A DNA stretch of 64,000 bases from Guillardia theta CCMP2712 (GCF_000315625.1 NW_005434647.1:522544-586543), one strand, 5' to 3'. Numbered from the stretch's first letter, positions 10,930 through 24,535 are shown. Numbers and translations are program-made. Notes: generated by a model from the sequence alone, not told the origin.

Positions 10930-13900
10930 TTACTTCTTAATCGATGGCTTGCTCAAGTCATGACGGTACGGAATGATCTTGTCGCTGTTGATCGGGGTGA
11001 GTCTGTTCCGATCAACAGCAACCCTTCTTTGAGCAAGGGGCTCGGGGAGGGCGAGGACGTGCTGCCAGGCAAGTCAGTTGGGCTCAGAGCATGACGGCAG
11101 ACTCACCTCCTCAGGAGAAGACAAGATCTCCTCGATCTCCTCGCTCTTGTGCGCCAACAGCCCTTGGGTCTCGCTGGGGTTCTCCGGGCTCTCCTCAGAT
11201 TCGTACTCCCTCTCGCTGCCTACTGGGGTCCCTTGCAGCTCCTCGGGCCTCTGGTCCTTGTCGCTGCTGCTGTCGGCGAAGGGCCAGAGAGAGACGTCGA
11301 GCTTCGTCGCTTTCCTGCTGCCGTCCTTGAGAGGTGAAACCTCGCTCGCCCTCCCCTTGGCCCTGCTCGACGAGGCCGGCCTGTTCTCACTCTGCCCGAA
11401 GTTCTTGCGCGTCGCAGGAGAGCGGGATGGAGAGCGGAACCTATTCGATCCTCTCCCGCCCTCCAGGTTGCTCTCCACCCCTGCAGCCTCAACCGTTTGC
11501 GGCCTTTGGCTTGCACTCTGCGACTCAGGTCGGTTCCTGGTGGGCGTTCGGTTTGTCCGAGCAGCGTTGGAGCTCGTTAGGTTCATCATGGAGCTCGCGT
11601 CCTGGGACCGCAGCATGTCTGAGGCGGGCGAGGGCCTCCGCTGGTTTGCGCGGAGCTTGGGAGGACGGGAGAACTGCCCTACGTACCTCACCTGCCTCTG
11701 GTCTGTCAGAAAGTCCTCGATCTGTCTCAAGGCATCTAGGATCTTGTCCCAGGACGGCCGTTTGTTGGGGACGCTATCCCAGCAGCTCTTGATGAGATTC
11801 TTGAGCTGCTTGGGGATGTTGTCGGGCAAGGACGGTCTTTGTCCCTGATAGACCGTCGCGAATGCGATCTGCATCTGGTTGAGCCCCGCGTAAGGCTTCT
11901 CTCCCGTCACCATCTCGCTCAGCACAACCCCGTAAGAGTACATGTCCACCTTTTCCGTGTACTTGTCCTGCTTGTAGATCTCTGGAGCAGACCAACCGGG
12001 AGTGCCGAGCATGCCGCTGATCTTGGTGACGCTTTCATCCTTGATCCGAGAGAGCCCGAAGTCAGAGATCTTGCAAACCTTCAAGGAGTCCACGAGGAGA
12101 TTGCTGCTCTTGAGGTCCCTGTGGATGATCATCGGCCTCAACGAGTGAAGGTACTTCACCCCCTTTGCCACGTCTCGTGCAAACCCAAGGACTTGTTCCA
12201 TCTTGAGCTTCAGATTCTGCTTGTAGAGGAGGTCCGACATGGAGCATTCCAGCAATTCGGTCAGGACGCACAAGTCGGGCGACTGCAGCGACGCTCCCAT
12301 ATAGCGAACGATGTTGCGATGGCGCAGGTTGCTCAGCAGCTGAACTTCCTTTCGGAACTCATCAGCATGCTTGTCTCCACCATCCGCGTATTGAATCTTG
12401 AGCTTCTTGACAGCAACCGACATGCCCTTCCAAGTCCCCTTGTGAACCACACTGAACCCTCCTTCCCCTATCACCTCCCCGAGCTCGATGTCCGAGAACT
12501 CGATGTTGGAGTTGTTGTCATAGCTGACGATGTCTATGAATGAGATTTCGCTCCAGGCTGACTCGCCCATGGCATTGACAGCTTTCAGCCGCAGCAGCAT
12601 CCTCTTGTTGCTCGACAGCCCTTCCACGTTGCACATCAAGTCCGGCCCCCTGTAGACTTCCACAGAACTGCCGAAGGAGTTGGAGCTAGAAGAACGTGTC
12701 ACTGGGGCACAGGTATCGACCACAGCACAGCTCACCTTGACTTGAGGTCCGTCTCTGACATCTCTAGCACGTACTCCTCCACAGGCAGGCCGTTGCCATC
12801 CGCCGCTTCCCATTCCGCACAGATATGGCCAGCATGCGCGCTAGAGAGCTCCAGCGAGCCCCGAATGGCGGGAGGGCCACACTCAGGAACGTAGCTCAGC
12901 TCGTCACTCCACTCTCCCGGCCCTGCTTACCTCGTCAAACAGACAAGTCAACGTCAAACCTCCTGACCTGCTTCATTCACGGCTCGCACACGGAACCTGT
13001 ACTCCATGCCCACGTTGATATCCCCAATCGTGCAGATTCTTGTTGAGGGATCGGAAACCACAAACTCTTGATGCTGCATCCTCCCTTCACTCGTGGAGCT
13101 GCCGTCTCCCATGTACATCCCCGACGCCTGATCGAGCGCACCGCTTCCCACATCGGGCCCAGGAGGTGGCCTCTTGATGGAGGCGAGCATGGGGGACGTT
13201 CCTTGGAAAGGAGAGGTGCTCCTTCCTTTCAGGCCTCGAGACTCGTCGAAGAGAGATCGTTTACAGCCCACCGAGTTGACAGCAGCACCTTCTCCATTGG
13301 TGCCCGGCTGCATGTTATCGTCACGGTTGCTAGCATCTTCTACAGGAGAAACTTTCATTTGCACAATGTAAGATCTGATTTTGCTCCCCCTGTCGTCAGG
13401 ATATTGCCAAGACAAGTCGACCGAAGTCGCAAGGCAGTTCAACAGACTCGGCAGAGGAGGAGCACCTGGAGCAAGGGCCGTAATCATGAAAACCCGTTCC
13501 TCACCCCATGGCCCGATCCCGACGGAGTTCCTCGCGCACACCCGGAACCTGTACGTGCCTCCAATGCTCTGAAAGGTGACGATGCACGAGTTCTCTGGGC
13601 CATCATACACCTCTCTCCACGTCTCGTCCGACACTGAGTTGGAGATGTTGAGGGACCCTACCGCCCTCTGACTTGATTTCTCCACAGACACCTCCGCAGC
13701 TTGCACAAGGTAACCCTCAACCACCGAGCCGTTGTCCACGGCTTCGTCCCACCTCAGCTCCACCTCACCCGGGCCCCTGCACCGCAAACATGATCAGATC
13801 ACATCGTCAGTCAGGTTCGGAGGTACCTCAAGTCGATCCTCAGCCCAGTACAAGGATCAGGAGCCGTCACAGGGGTGACAAACATGGTGCCGGGGCTCCA

Positions 13901-15175
13901 GTTTGTGAATATCCAGGATTCGGGATTCTTGGGAGACGTCGAAGTGTTGGAGGCCTGGAGAGAAAACTTCGCTCGTACCTTGAAGGTGAAGGAACAGCCG
14001 GGTGAGAGGCCGGACACAGCACAGCACAAGGCCTTCCCCTCATAGACAATGCTCTGATCCCTCGTGTGTGTCTTTCGTCTTTCCATCTCCACCACATAGG
14101 TGACATGATGGTCGAGGATGCCTTCTGCCTTCTGAAACTCGGACACGGACACCTGCTCCCAAGTGATCTGAACTTGATTCGGGTGCAAGTACATCAGTTC
14201 GGGAGCTTTCAGGTTCACATTCTTGAGGTTCTCTATGGCCGCATCGCCTTCATTCTCACTCTGAAAGTTCGCCTGGTTGCTCTCGTTCTCAGGGTTCTGG
14301 TTCATCTTGTCAACTCCCTCGCAGCACAACTCCAAATCAGTCTGTGAAGACTGCGGCGACAGAGACGCCATAGACAAGAGCACCGCGTCAGTTTGGCAGT
14401 TGGGGTTGCAAAACTGAGAGAACAAAACAACGGCGCTCCAATCACTCCACGGGCTGCAGCCCATCTTGTTGCTGGCCTGAACCCTGAACCTTGCATGAAC
14501 TTTGTCGAAATCCCCACAGGACTTCAAGTCCTGAACTTGCAACTTGTACTGGTTGCTGCTGCCGTGGTAAACGATCCTGGTGTTGCTGTGATTTATGGCA
14601 GATGTGTGTAAGATGTGATCTTTCCCTAGATTGTCTTCATCTGTTTCAATCAGAAGCATTTGCACATCATAATTCTCAATTTCCATTCCACCATCCGTCC
14701 CAGAGTTCCAAGAAATCATAACCGTTGACTCTTTCGAGTTTGCCTCTGCACTTGGCGGATCTGGACGAGGAGGAACTGTAGCATGAGAAACGAAACTGAC
14801 CAGGTTACTCCAGTTTCTCTCTTTGCCGTGTTCATCGATGACAGCAACACGGAGACAGAGCGAGCATCCTGGTTTCACATCAATGTCGAAGCTCGAAGAC
14901 TCTCCTCTGTATATTTCACTGAATCCCTCATTCACGTCCTTCTCCATCTCCAGACAATAGATCTCATGACGAGCAGGAGCGTCCGCATGCGACCTCTCCT
15001 TGCCGTTGGTTTTGCTCGGTGAGCTCCACATTGCACGGGCATGGCAGGGCCCCAGCGTTTGAACTCGAAGATACGGGGCGGCCTTGGCTTTGACAAGTTT
15101 GGGAGAGGAATAGCTTCTTGTGATGTCTGCATTTGTTTCTGCGACATGAGCGCTCGTCGATGCCCCGCAACCCAT
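10930..15175 (-). CDS. N-acylated TKL (Raf/MLK-like) protein kinase with about six fibronectin type III domains, multi-exon
   Basis: MGCGAS start. FN3 signatures (W..P.D.G..I..Y, YRFRV.A.N..G.G.WS) in ORFs 13811-15193 and 12954-13787 plus a small exon. Kinase motifs GEGGFSVV, VAVK, HRDLKSSN, DFG, GTPGWSAPE, CW...P..RPS. Last exon HVLALPEP...SIKK* with TAA ending at 10930. Confidence 0.9.
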
Positions 15176-16726
15176 TCCTTCAACCTCGGGCAAGTATATG
15201 CAAGCGAGTTGAAGCTATTTCATCTTGTGAGCATAATCATTTGAGCTGCTTGTCAACGAGCCATCCTTTCTATCTCCAATCTGACATATATCATGCTCTA
15301 CATGCTGCTTGTTGCGCCTGCGTTTAGGTCGGTCGGTCAACCACAGTACGATGTAAGCTCAATGGACGATGTGTCTCCCTATAATCAAAACTGAATGATC
15401 CACCAAACTTGTACCCGCCAACCCCGACAAATGCCGATGATCAGCTCCTCTTACTTTTGCTGTCCTCTGCTTGCGTCTATCTCTTCTCTCCTCCCCTCCT
15501 TGACTAAGACCTCCTGTCTTGCTTCGGCTTTACCATGCTCAACCCAACGCAAGTTGGCATTTCAACCCGCTCGAAAAACCCCGACCCCAAAAATACTCTA
15601 CCCCACCCTCATCATTTCCAGGATATACCCTACCCCACCCCTTGACAGTCCTACAGCAGCAATCACTACTACCTCCTCCAAGACCATTTGAACCTCCTCT
15701 ATACCACCGGTTAACATCCTCGTGTCCCTATAACCCCACCCATTTCCATCGCTTTGACCCCCTTTGAGCCCACTACGACCTTTCCATCCCCACACCCTCC
15801 TACGAGTACCCACCCCCATCTCGTCACGACTTCCAAAGATCTTTTCATAACCCCCCACCAGTTAATTTACACTACCCACCCACCCCCAATAATGAACTCG
15901 CTAAACCCTTTGTAAAACAGGACTCCCCATGTTGAAACTGTCCCCCTATCCCCCATACCCACCCCCACCCCCACCCCCCCACCACCCGAATAATTTCACT
16001 ACCCCTGGGACAACGATCCTTGGAAAGGCCTGATGAGCCTCGGAGAGCCAGTGAGCGGCCCGGCCGGCCGCGGGGCCGGTGGCCCAGTTTGGGTTGGCCC
16101 GGGCCGGGCGGCCCGAGGACTCCGACTCAGGCTCTGAGCCGGCGGGCGGGCGGCCCTTCCGAAGTTCGTTGCCCTGGCCCACTGTTAGTATCGCGGCGGG
16201 TGCTTTCGGGCCAGTATGCCGGCGGCGTCTCCGAAGTTTGAACTGGGCTTCGGCCACATCATGTGCTGCGCCCGGTTGGCCCACTGGCATGGCGCCGGGC
16301 CGCGGGCGCGGCCCGGCCCGGCGGGCCTGCTCACGCCACTGGGCCTCCCGAGTCACTGTAGAGTCACTGCCGTATCCGATCTCTCAGGCCCTTGAGTCGC
16401 AGTGCGGCGACAGGGTCCCGGCCCGATACTGTCATTTTTGACGGACTCTTAACAGGCTTTGCCAGGTAAGAACTGAGACCATTCCATGCGCCCGGGGCCG
16501 GTGCCGGGGCTTCTTTCAGGCTCAAGTAAATCAGTCCGATCACTACCCTGACCCTAGTCACGGTACGGTACGTACGGTATCAGGCAAGTTTCTACTCCGT
16601 AGGTCACTGTGGGCCCCCCGGACCGTACGGTACCGTGGCAGCAGTTCAGTGGCCGCAGGACAGGCTCCGGGGAGGCCCGGGGCCGCCCGGGACTTCCCGG
16701 AAGTCCGTGACTGCTCGAGTCCCGAA

Positions 16727-16840
16727 GTTTTCTCTTCTCGCCGTTAGGTTTGGCCTGTGCGACAGCCTGAAAGCCTCCTCGACTCTCCTGATTGTCCTCG
16801 TACTGATTTTTAACCATCTGAGTACCGTACTGATCAAGCC
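16727..16840. repeat. Dispersed repeat, copy A
   Basis: TTTTCTCTTCT.GCCGT...TGGCCTGTGCGAC.GC and AAGCCTCCTC.ACTCTCCTGATTGTCCTCGTACTGATTTTTAAC recur at 37366-37600. Confidence 0.8.
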
Positions 16841-17134
16841 TCCGCTCATTGGAATTGAACTTTCAAGATGATCATATAGAGGGCCGGGCGGGCCTGTGTG
16901 GGGAAGTGGACCGCACGGCTCAGACCTTCGCTTCGCGATGTGCTAAATCGGGCAGTAGTGCCGTATGACTATTCCTTTCCGATGGGGGGTAGGTCAACAT
17001 ATACTTTTAATAAAGGATTGAAAGTTTCATCTTACTTTTCATAGCTATTTGAAAATATAACAGTAAATAGATCAGCCTTTGGTTGAAATTTCTGCCTGTG
17101 TCTGCTTGCCGCGAAACTCCTCAGTCACACCGCA

Positions 17135-18580
17135 ATGCAAGCAGGGGAGGAAAGGGGATGGCGATCGAGCGCCCTGCTGATGGTGTCAGCATGTCTGGCC
17201 GTCATGGCACTTGCTTACAGCATGGTAAGGATTATGGATTTCGATTGTTGATGTTGTTGTTGTTGTTGTGGTGGTGGTAGTGGTAGTGGTAGCGATGAGG
17301 AAGACGGATCATGAGGGTGATTTGAGGAGTAGTAGTGGTAGTGGCACTTGGAGGAGGAGGAGGAGGAGGAGGAGGAATGAGAATTGAAGAAGATGTCAGT
17401 GGAGTACAAGGTTGAATCATGTGGATGAGGATGGGAATGTTGGTGTTGGTGTTGGTGTTGGTGCTGATACGAATGATTTTTGGATGATTTGGTTATGATA
17501 TCGACCGTGAAGACATATATGATATTGATGATAGTCAAAGTACCTGTGCTTTACACAATTATTCTAATCTTGCCTCTATCTGTACAGAAAGGATTCACTT
17601 CTGCAGATTCGCTCCTCCAGACATTCCAGTATCCGACTGCTGTTGCTCAAGCCTCTCTCGCGCAAGCTAGCAGCTATCCTGTACAAGGGCAACCGATCTT
17701 GGCACAGCCTGTGATGGCTCAGGTATGCCCTTGATCTTGCAGGGTTACTCGCAGTTTGATGCTTGATGTGTTAGGCGATTCCCTACAACAACTATGCAAG
17801 AGCCATCCCTCAGCGTACGCCATGGTTGTTGACTTGATCTTGGCTAACTTTTTCACAGTTCGCGCTGCTCAGCAGATTCTGCAGGCGGTGAGGATAGATC
17901 TCACTGCATAGACGTGTGGTCTTACTTTGATGTTCAATCAGGCGAACGCCTCAGCAATAGCCCCAGCAGCAGCAGCAGGTGGGGGAAATCCTCTTGCCAA
18001 CGCCATGGCTGCAGGAGGGAGCGCAGCAGCTGGGTCAGGGATTCAGACTCCTCCAGCAACGCCTCCGCCCATATGCCCCGTGGGTGAGATGCAGTGCAAG
18101 GTGAGAAGAAGCTGCTTCTATGCCAGAAGTTGCTGACGTCGGTTGTCATAGAACGTCAAGTGCATGGGCGACATTGGCTGCATCAACGAGTTGCCCGATG
18201 GCTCGTTGAGGTGCGATTGCCCTCCTCCCCCTCCCCCTCCCCCTCCTCCCGTCTTGGGCAGCAAGGAGTGGCTGGGACAGCAGAATAACCAGATGGAGGA
18301 CGTGGGTGAGGCAGCCGGAGCAGCCGGAGCAAACTTGGCCATGTACGAGTCAGGCCCTGTGGCAGTTGCGTTGGCGAACTACTTGAAACAAGAAGGAAAG
18401 TTGGCTGAGACGTCGGCCAAGATGCATGAGCTCCTCCTCAAGGACTTGGAGGCCGTCCAGGAGCAAGAGTCCTCCACCACCACCTCCTCTTCGTCCTCCA
18501 CATCATCAGGCTCCGGAGCAGGAGGTGCGCCGGCAACGTCTTGGCTACCTGATAATATCTTTGGCATCAAGTTGGGGTAG
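17135..18580 (+). CDS. Signal-anchored hypothetical protein with a 6-Cys minidomain flanked by poly-Pro, multi-exon
   Basis: MQAGEERGWRSSALLMVSACLAVMALAYSM | KGFTSADSLLQ... | ...PPPICPVGEMQCK | [33 protein letters not shown]...IKLG*, joined by GT-AG introns. Confidence 0.65.
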
Positions 18581-18631
18581 GCAACAAGACTGAAGTGCTG
18601 TAGTTTGAAGACATTTACAATACAACATAGT

Positions 18632-21392
18632 TTACAAGGCGCATGTGTTGGCAAGAAAATCTTGAGTTGCTTCTTCCATAACCTGCATATGGAGTGAGGG
18701 CGAGGGGAAAGATTGAGCGGAGGGACCTGATGGAACCGAAGAGCCTTCGAGAACAAACCGAACAGAAAGCTTGTTCTGATCCTGTCCTCTCCGTCTCCTT
18801 CCTTCACATCGCTGGGCTCGTCCTTGTCTTCCTCAACTTGAGTCGCCGCACACGCCTTGCTGTCTTCCTGCAAGTCTGCAGGGAGCGGGAAGGAGGAAGG
18901 GAGGGTCCCGTTTGCCTCGGGGATGTGATACTTGATCTCCCCGTTGGGGTCGAAGCGGATGGAAGGAAGAGAGGCGCTGCTCATAAAGTCGACAACCTCC
19001 TTGCACAGGGAGCGAGCAGGCAGCGTCTGCTCGAGGAAGCCCAGGAGCTCTTCTCGTCGGCCTCGGTCCATGCTCTCATACCTGCCTCCTGCATGAGACA
19101 TGCACGATGGGGACGGGGGGAGAGAGGAGGAGGACGAGGAGGAGGACGAGGAGGAGTAGAAGGAGGAGGAGTAGAACGAAGTAGGAAGAGTAGGAGAACA
19201 ATGAGGAGGACAAGGCGGAGGACAAGGAGGAGGACAAGGAGGAGGACGAGGAGGACAAGCAGCTACCGGTTGATCACGATCACGTTCTTTTCACCCAGGA
19301 GCTCTTCATTGTCATCCCACAGGTAGGACTGCAGCACCTTGAGCGCCTCCCTTCCTCCCCCCTGCCGCTCACCTTGTCCGGGTCCAGCCCGAGAGCTCTG
19401 GCGGTGGGGAGAAGCTTCTTGGGTGCCGCAGTGACGACGACGGGAGGAGGATGTTCAAGGCCGAGAGCCTCCTTGATGGCATCGCGAGCAGCAAGCAGCC
19501 TTTCCAAGCTCATAAAGATGTCGAGGCGTTCCTGCTCCCTCCTCAGCCTCTTCTCCCTCCTACGGCTTCCTCTGCCTCCTCCTCATCTCACCTTAGCCAT
19601 GAGCCGAATCTTGCCGGAGAAAGTCGCCATGATTTCATGCGCGTGGTTGAGCTTGGAAGGAAAGACAACTTGGGTGTCACTGCCGCAGCTTCAGCGTCGC
19701 TTCCCTTCCCTCCACTTGTAAAACCTGTGATGCCAAGCTGGGTTCCAGCTGAGCTTGATGTGCTTGTCTCTCAAGAAGGAGATGTAGCGGAGCAGGTGAG
19801 CTCTACGGGTGTACAGGACGACCTGAGGTGAGAAATTCCTGCCCACCTGCCAAGACACGTCACGTGCTGGGGGAGATCAGAGCACTCACTGACCAGCTCG
19901 CGGTAAAGTTTGATACAGCTGGGGTTGATCAGCAGAGAGTAAAGCTTGTTCCTGCATGTGCAATGAGACCCGGCGAGGGATGAAGAGAGGGAGGAGAAGC
20001 AGCAGGAGGAGAAGCTTACAAGTGCTGCGGGGTGACTTTCATGAGCTGGAAAGCGACGGCCAGGTCGTTGCCGTCCTGGAGAAGAAGAGGTGAACATGAG
20101 GAAGGAGTTGGAGAGAAGAGCTAACCTGACCGAAGATGGCGCTATGATCAAGGTCAAGAAACAGCGTGACATTTTGTCTGATCCCGTCCTCCCCTCCCTC
20201 AACTCCTACATCCCCATCTTCCTCCCCGGGGCACGGACCAGCCTCCACTCCTCCCTCCGTCTCTCCCGTCGATCGGTTCTTCTGCCCCGGCGTGTCCTCT
20301 GCTCCATCCGCCGTCCTGCAGCTCCTTGCATCGCCCTCAGAGGTGTTGAGAGGTGACAGCAGTTTGACATCAGTGCCGTTGGTGCTTGACACGTTGTCTT
20401 CCTTCTCGCGCAGAGTCGGTGGGCTGCTTGCCAACAGCCCTCGGAAGAAGGAGGAGAAGCCGGAGGTTGTGTTCACCAGATTGCCGACGACTGAGTACAG
20501 TGACAAGTTGAGGTTCTGACTCTTAACGTCCTCGCCTCCTAGATACTTCGAGCTCGATTCTGCCTCAACCCTCTCCCTCCTCCCCTCTTCCTCCATCGCC
20601 TTCGTTTCCCGCCCTTGTGATCCCTTCTTGTCCGCCTGCTTCATCCCTGCCTTGACCTCTGCCTCCTCCCTCCCCGTCACTCTTGTCGTCATGTGTTGTT
20701 CCGCCTCTCTAGTTGCAGGGGATCCAAGGAGGCTGTTAGCCGACTCGCTCTGCTCCTTTCGCAGCCTCGCTTGCCCCAGCTCCTCCTGCTGCTTCATCGC
20801 ATCCTTCCTCGTTTCTTCCTTGACATGCTCCCCTTCGGACTTGTCTTGCTTCATCTTCATCTCCTTCCTCTCCACCTCTGCCTCTTTTGCTGCCATCGTC
20901 TCCTCTTTTTCCCTCTTCTCCCTCCTCCCCTCTTCCTCCATCGCCTTCGTTTCCCGCCCCGTTGCCCCCTTCTTCTCCACCTCCTCCATCGCCTTCATCC
21001 CAGACTTGACCTCTGCCTCCTCCCTCCCCGTCACGCTTGTCGTCATGTGTTGTTCCCCCTCTCTAGTTGCAGGGGATCCAAGGAGGCTGTTAGCCGACTC
21101 GCTCTGCTCCTCTTGCTGCTTCATCGCTTCCCTCCGAACGATCTCGCTCTCCTCCTTGAGGCTCTTCAAGTCTTCCGCCTGCTTGTCTCCTGGTGAAGCT
21201 ACAGCTCCTTCCCTCTGACTCGCTCTCACCAGACCTCTTTCAGTCTCGCGGGAGTTTTCAGAGGCTCTGCTGCTCTCGACTCGCACAAGCTCCTGCTCCA
21301 CAGTCTGCTGGCCTTGTCCTTGAAGGAGATCTTGTTGTTGTTGCTGCTGCTGCTGCTGCTGCTGTTGCTGCTGCTGTTGCTGCTCACTGTGC

Positions 21393-21426
<34 letters not shown>

Positions 21427-21434
21427 CACTGTGC

Positions 21435-21468
<34 letters not shown>

Positions 21469-24400
21469 CACTGTGCTGCTGCTGCTCCATCTGTTTCAGC
21501 TCCTCTGCTGAGGATTGAGCTCCAAGACCAGACGAGGATTGATCTTGCTGCTCTTTCAATCTCACATCCTCCTCCTTGACTCCCGTCAAATTATCTTTTC
21601 TCCCTCCCCAGGGCCACTCGTAAGTGGGGAGGAGGGAGAAGGCAGGAGGGCGCTTGAGCTGCTGCCTGCGCGACTGACCTTGGGGGTGAGAGGAGGAGGC
21701 GCGAGAACGGAGAAGAAGCGAACGAGCAGGGAGACGAGAGAGCGGGAAGAGCGAGAAGGAGAAGAAACTCCTCTTGCTCTCTTGAGCATCCTCCGCCTCT
21801 ACTTTCTCTTCCTCCTCTCCTTTCTCCCTCAGCTCACCCGTCCTGCCTTCCACATGTGTTCCCTTCCTTTCCACAACATCCTTCATCGCTTGCTCCTCGC
21901 TCCCTCTCCTCTCCTCCACAGTCTCTGCTTGTCTTTGTTTGCCTGCAATCTTCGTGTCTTCCACACTCTCCCTAGTCCTACCCTCTTTGCCTCCCTCCCC
22001 CTCCTCTTCCTCCTCCTTCACCATCGCCATCTCCTCCCCTCTTTCTCCCCTCCTGCCCTCCCTTGCCTGCTGCCCCTCCATTCCCCTTGGCTTCTCCTTC
22101 TCGACTCCCGTGTTGTCCTCCTTCCTGCCGTTCTTCTCCTTCAACACGACAGGCTCCGTACATCTCGCCTTCCCCTCCTGTTCGAGCGATCAGTTGCAAC
22201 AAGGCATGGAAAAAGTTACCTGGGGAGGAATCCTTATTCTTGCATCCTTCACCTCCTCCTCCTTTATCAGCATCTTGCTATGTGCGCTTCTTTCCCCTCC
22301 ATCCTTCCTCTCCCCCAGCTCCTCCGTTACAGCGTCCCTTCTTCCCATCCTCTCCTCCACTCCCGCCTCCTCCATTCGCCGCAGCATCTCCACGGCAGCT
22401 TCTCCAACCTCTCTCTCCCTCTCTCCTTGCTTCTGGACCTCCATCGCCCTTCCCAGCGTCATCTCTTTGAGAGGTCGGAGCACCTGACTCCGCTGCAGGG
22501 AGGAGGAAGACAGTTGGCGAGCAGGGGAGGGGCAGGGGCTCGCGTGGACGAAGGGGATCGAGACTTTGTACTCGCGGAAGAAGGAGCTCTGCCTCCTGAT
22601 GAGCTGCTCCCCTCCCTCCCCTCTCCAGCTGCCCTTCTCCTCCTCCACCTCCTGCCTCCTTGCTTTAATCTCTCCGTGTTCCCCTGCCCTGCCTCCGGTC
22701 TCTTGTTCCCTGCTGGCTTCAAACCTTTCACAACCCACCGCACTGTACCTGCCAGCCTCGCACTCCTCCTCTTCCTCCTCCTCCTTGCCCGGGTCCTCAT
22801 CCTCGTCCCCCTCTCGCCTGCGCCTCTCAAAGTCTTTCAGTTCCTCCTGGTCTGCCTCCAGTTGCTTCGCAACAGGGACCAACAGCTCTGAGGTCTTTCC
22901 TCCTGCAAGCTCCTCCGCCTCTTCCCTCCCACTGCACAAGTTCTCCTCCTCCTCCTCATCGTCATCATCAGCTTCCCACAGCGAAAGTTTCCTTCCCTCC
23001 GCAGTCCACTTCCTCCCTTGTGTTTCCAGGCTGATCCCACCCCCTGCTGCTGCTGCTGCTGCTGCTGCAACCGTCGATTCCCCACCATCAATCAACCAGC
23101 GGACCAGCTTCTCTCGAATTTTTTCCTTGCTCTTGGCCTTTTCCTCCTCCGCTCGAAATCCTTTAACCCTGTCGGCAAACAAGATGGACTTGGAGCTGTT
23201 ATCCTCCGCCTCCCCTCCCCTCCCCTCCCCTCCCCTCCCCTCCTCGTTCCCTTCCCTCGACTTCGTCTCCGAGCCATGTTCCTCCGGCTCGCTCCTCCGC
23301 TCCTCTCCTTCATCATGCATCAATTCTCTCACTTGGATCGTCGTTCCCAGACAAGCCTCCTCCTCCTCCACCACCTGCTGCACCTGCTGCACCTGCTGCT
23401 GCTGCTGCTGCACCTCCTCCTCCTCCTCCTCCTCCTCCTCCTCCTCCTCTAGATCATATCCTTCCAGCACTTGATCATTTCCTCCAGCATTTTCTTTTGC
23501 CTCCCTCGTCGCCTCCTGTTCTCTCCCTTTCACCTCTTGCAAACTCGCAGATCCCTTTGCTGCGCTCCTGTGAGCTGCTACCCTTCCGTCATAACTTACA
23601 GCTCCAGCTCCAGCTCCAGCTCCAACTCCATCTTCCATCTTTTCTGAGTTTGGCGCGCCAGGAAGAGGAGCAGAGGGCAGGCCCAGTTGTTCTTCGAGCA
23701 GCAGTGCGTTGTCGATGAGCCGGCACCAGGACTCATAGAGCTGTTGGAACTCCTTCCTTGACGCGTGCAGCCTCGACATCTCTTGCGATGAACCTCTCAG
23801 AACTTCATCGCCATCCCCCGCAACCTCCGCTTGGCGGCAGCGGACCTCTGAATCAGCAGGGCACATTGAGCCTGAAACGTCGTCCCCTCCATCCTCCTGG
23901 TCCTCAGGGCCACAGGGTGACACCGGTGCTGCCTGCTCGTGGCAGAAGTTGTTTTCCGATGGCTGAACCACAGAAGACTCGACCTGTCCTCTACATGTCC
24001 CCGTTGTCCTCGCACAAGCCTCAACAACCCCCTGAGGCTCCTCCTCTCTCAACAACATAACAGCCTCTGCTGTATGTTGTGTCAGGTTCAAACCCAGCTT
24101 ACCGAACATGTCCTCGTAGAATCTTGTCTCGTCGTCTTGTAGCCTCAGAAGCAAGCTGTCTGTTGTCTCCTTCGCTCTCTGGTGACTCTCGATCACCTCC
24201 TCCAACTCATCATGTAGCCCTGCATGCCTCCTGGAGGACACAGCGCTTCGGGTAGTGACGCGCCCCTCCTGCTTGTCTACAAAGCTGAAACTTGCGACTT
24301 GAGTGGCATCATGGTCTTCCTTCTGGATCTTCAAGCTGTACCTCAACAACTTCAACGACTGCGGGATCTTCATTTCGTCCAGATCCCTCAGGTATTGTTT

Positions 24401-24535
24401 CGTTGCTGTCAGATCAGGCGAACTTGGAGTGGCGAAGACAGTCAGGAGGAGGAGACAAAACAAGGTCGTCGAGAACCGCCATGAAGACCAAGAGAGAGCG
24501 CATGCTTTACCCTTCGCATCGCTACCTCGGCTCAT
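18632..24535 (-). CDS. Very long Glu/Gln-rich protein with signal peptide and C-terminal HAD-superfamily (DxDx[T/S]) phosphatase-like domain
   Basis: ORFs 22190-24586 and 20039-22147 join through a short intron (RIPPQ|EGKARC). Downstream exons give HAD motif I LFLDLDHS, motif II VVLYT, motif III APKK and motif IV YLWDDN. The N-terminal FCLLLLTVFA stretch is hydrophobic. The 3' end is approximate. Confidence 0.7.
20570..21130 (-). repeat. Internal coding duplication (AMKQQEE...QSESANSLLGSPATRE.EQHMTT.VTGREEAEVK.GMK...RETKAMEEEGRRE, two copies)
   Basis: Two near-identical DNA blocks at about 20570-20800 and 20920-21130. Confidence 0.85.
21333..21486 (-). repeat. Coding polyQ array with repeated QQQHSE units
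   Basis: (CAG/CAA)n interrupted three times by CACAGTGAG on the coding strand. Confidence 0.9.

Noticed and set aside
20628-23474. Long plus-strand Ser/Leu-rich ORFs
   Set aside because: Antisense shadows of the Glu-rich minus-strand gene.
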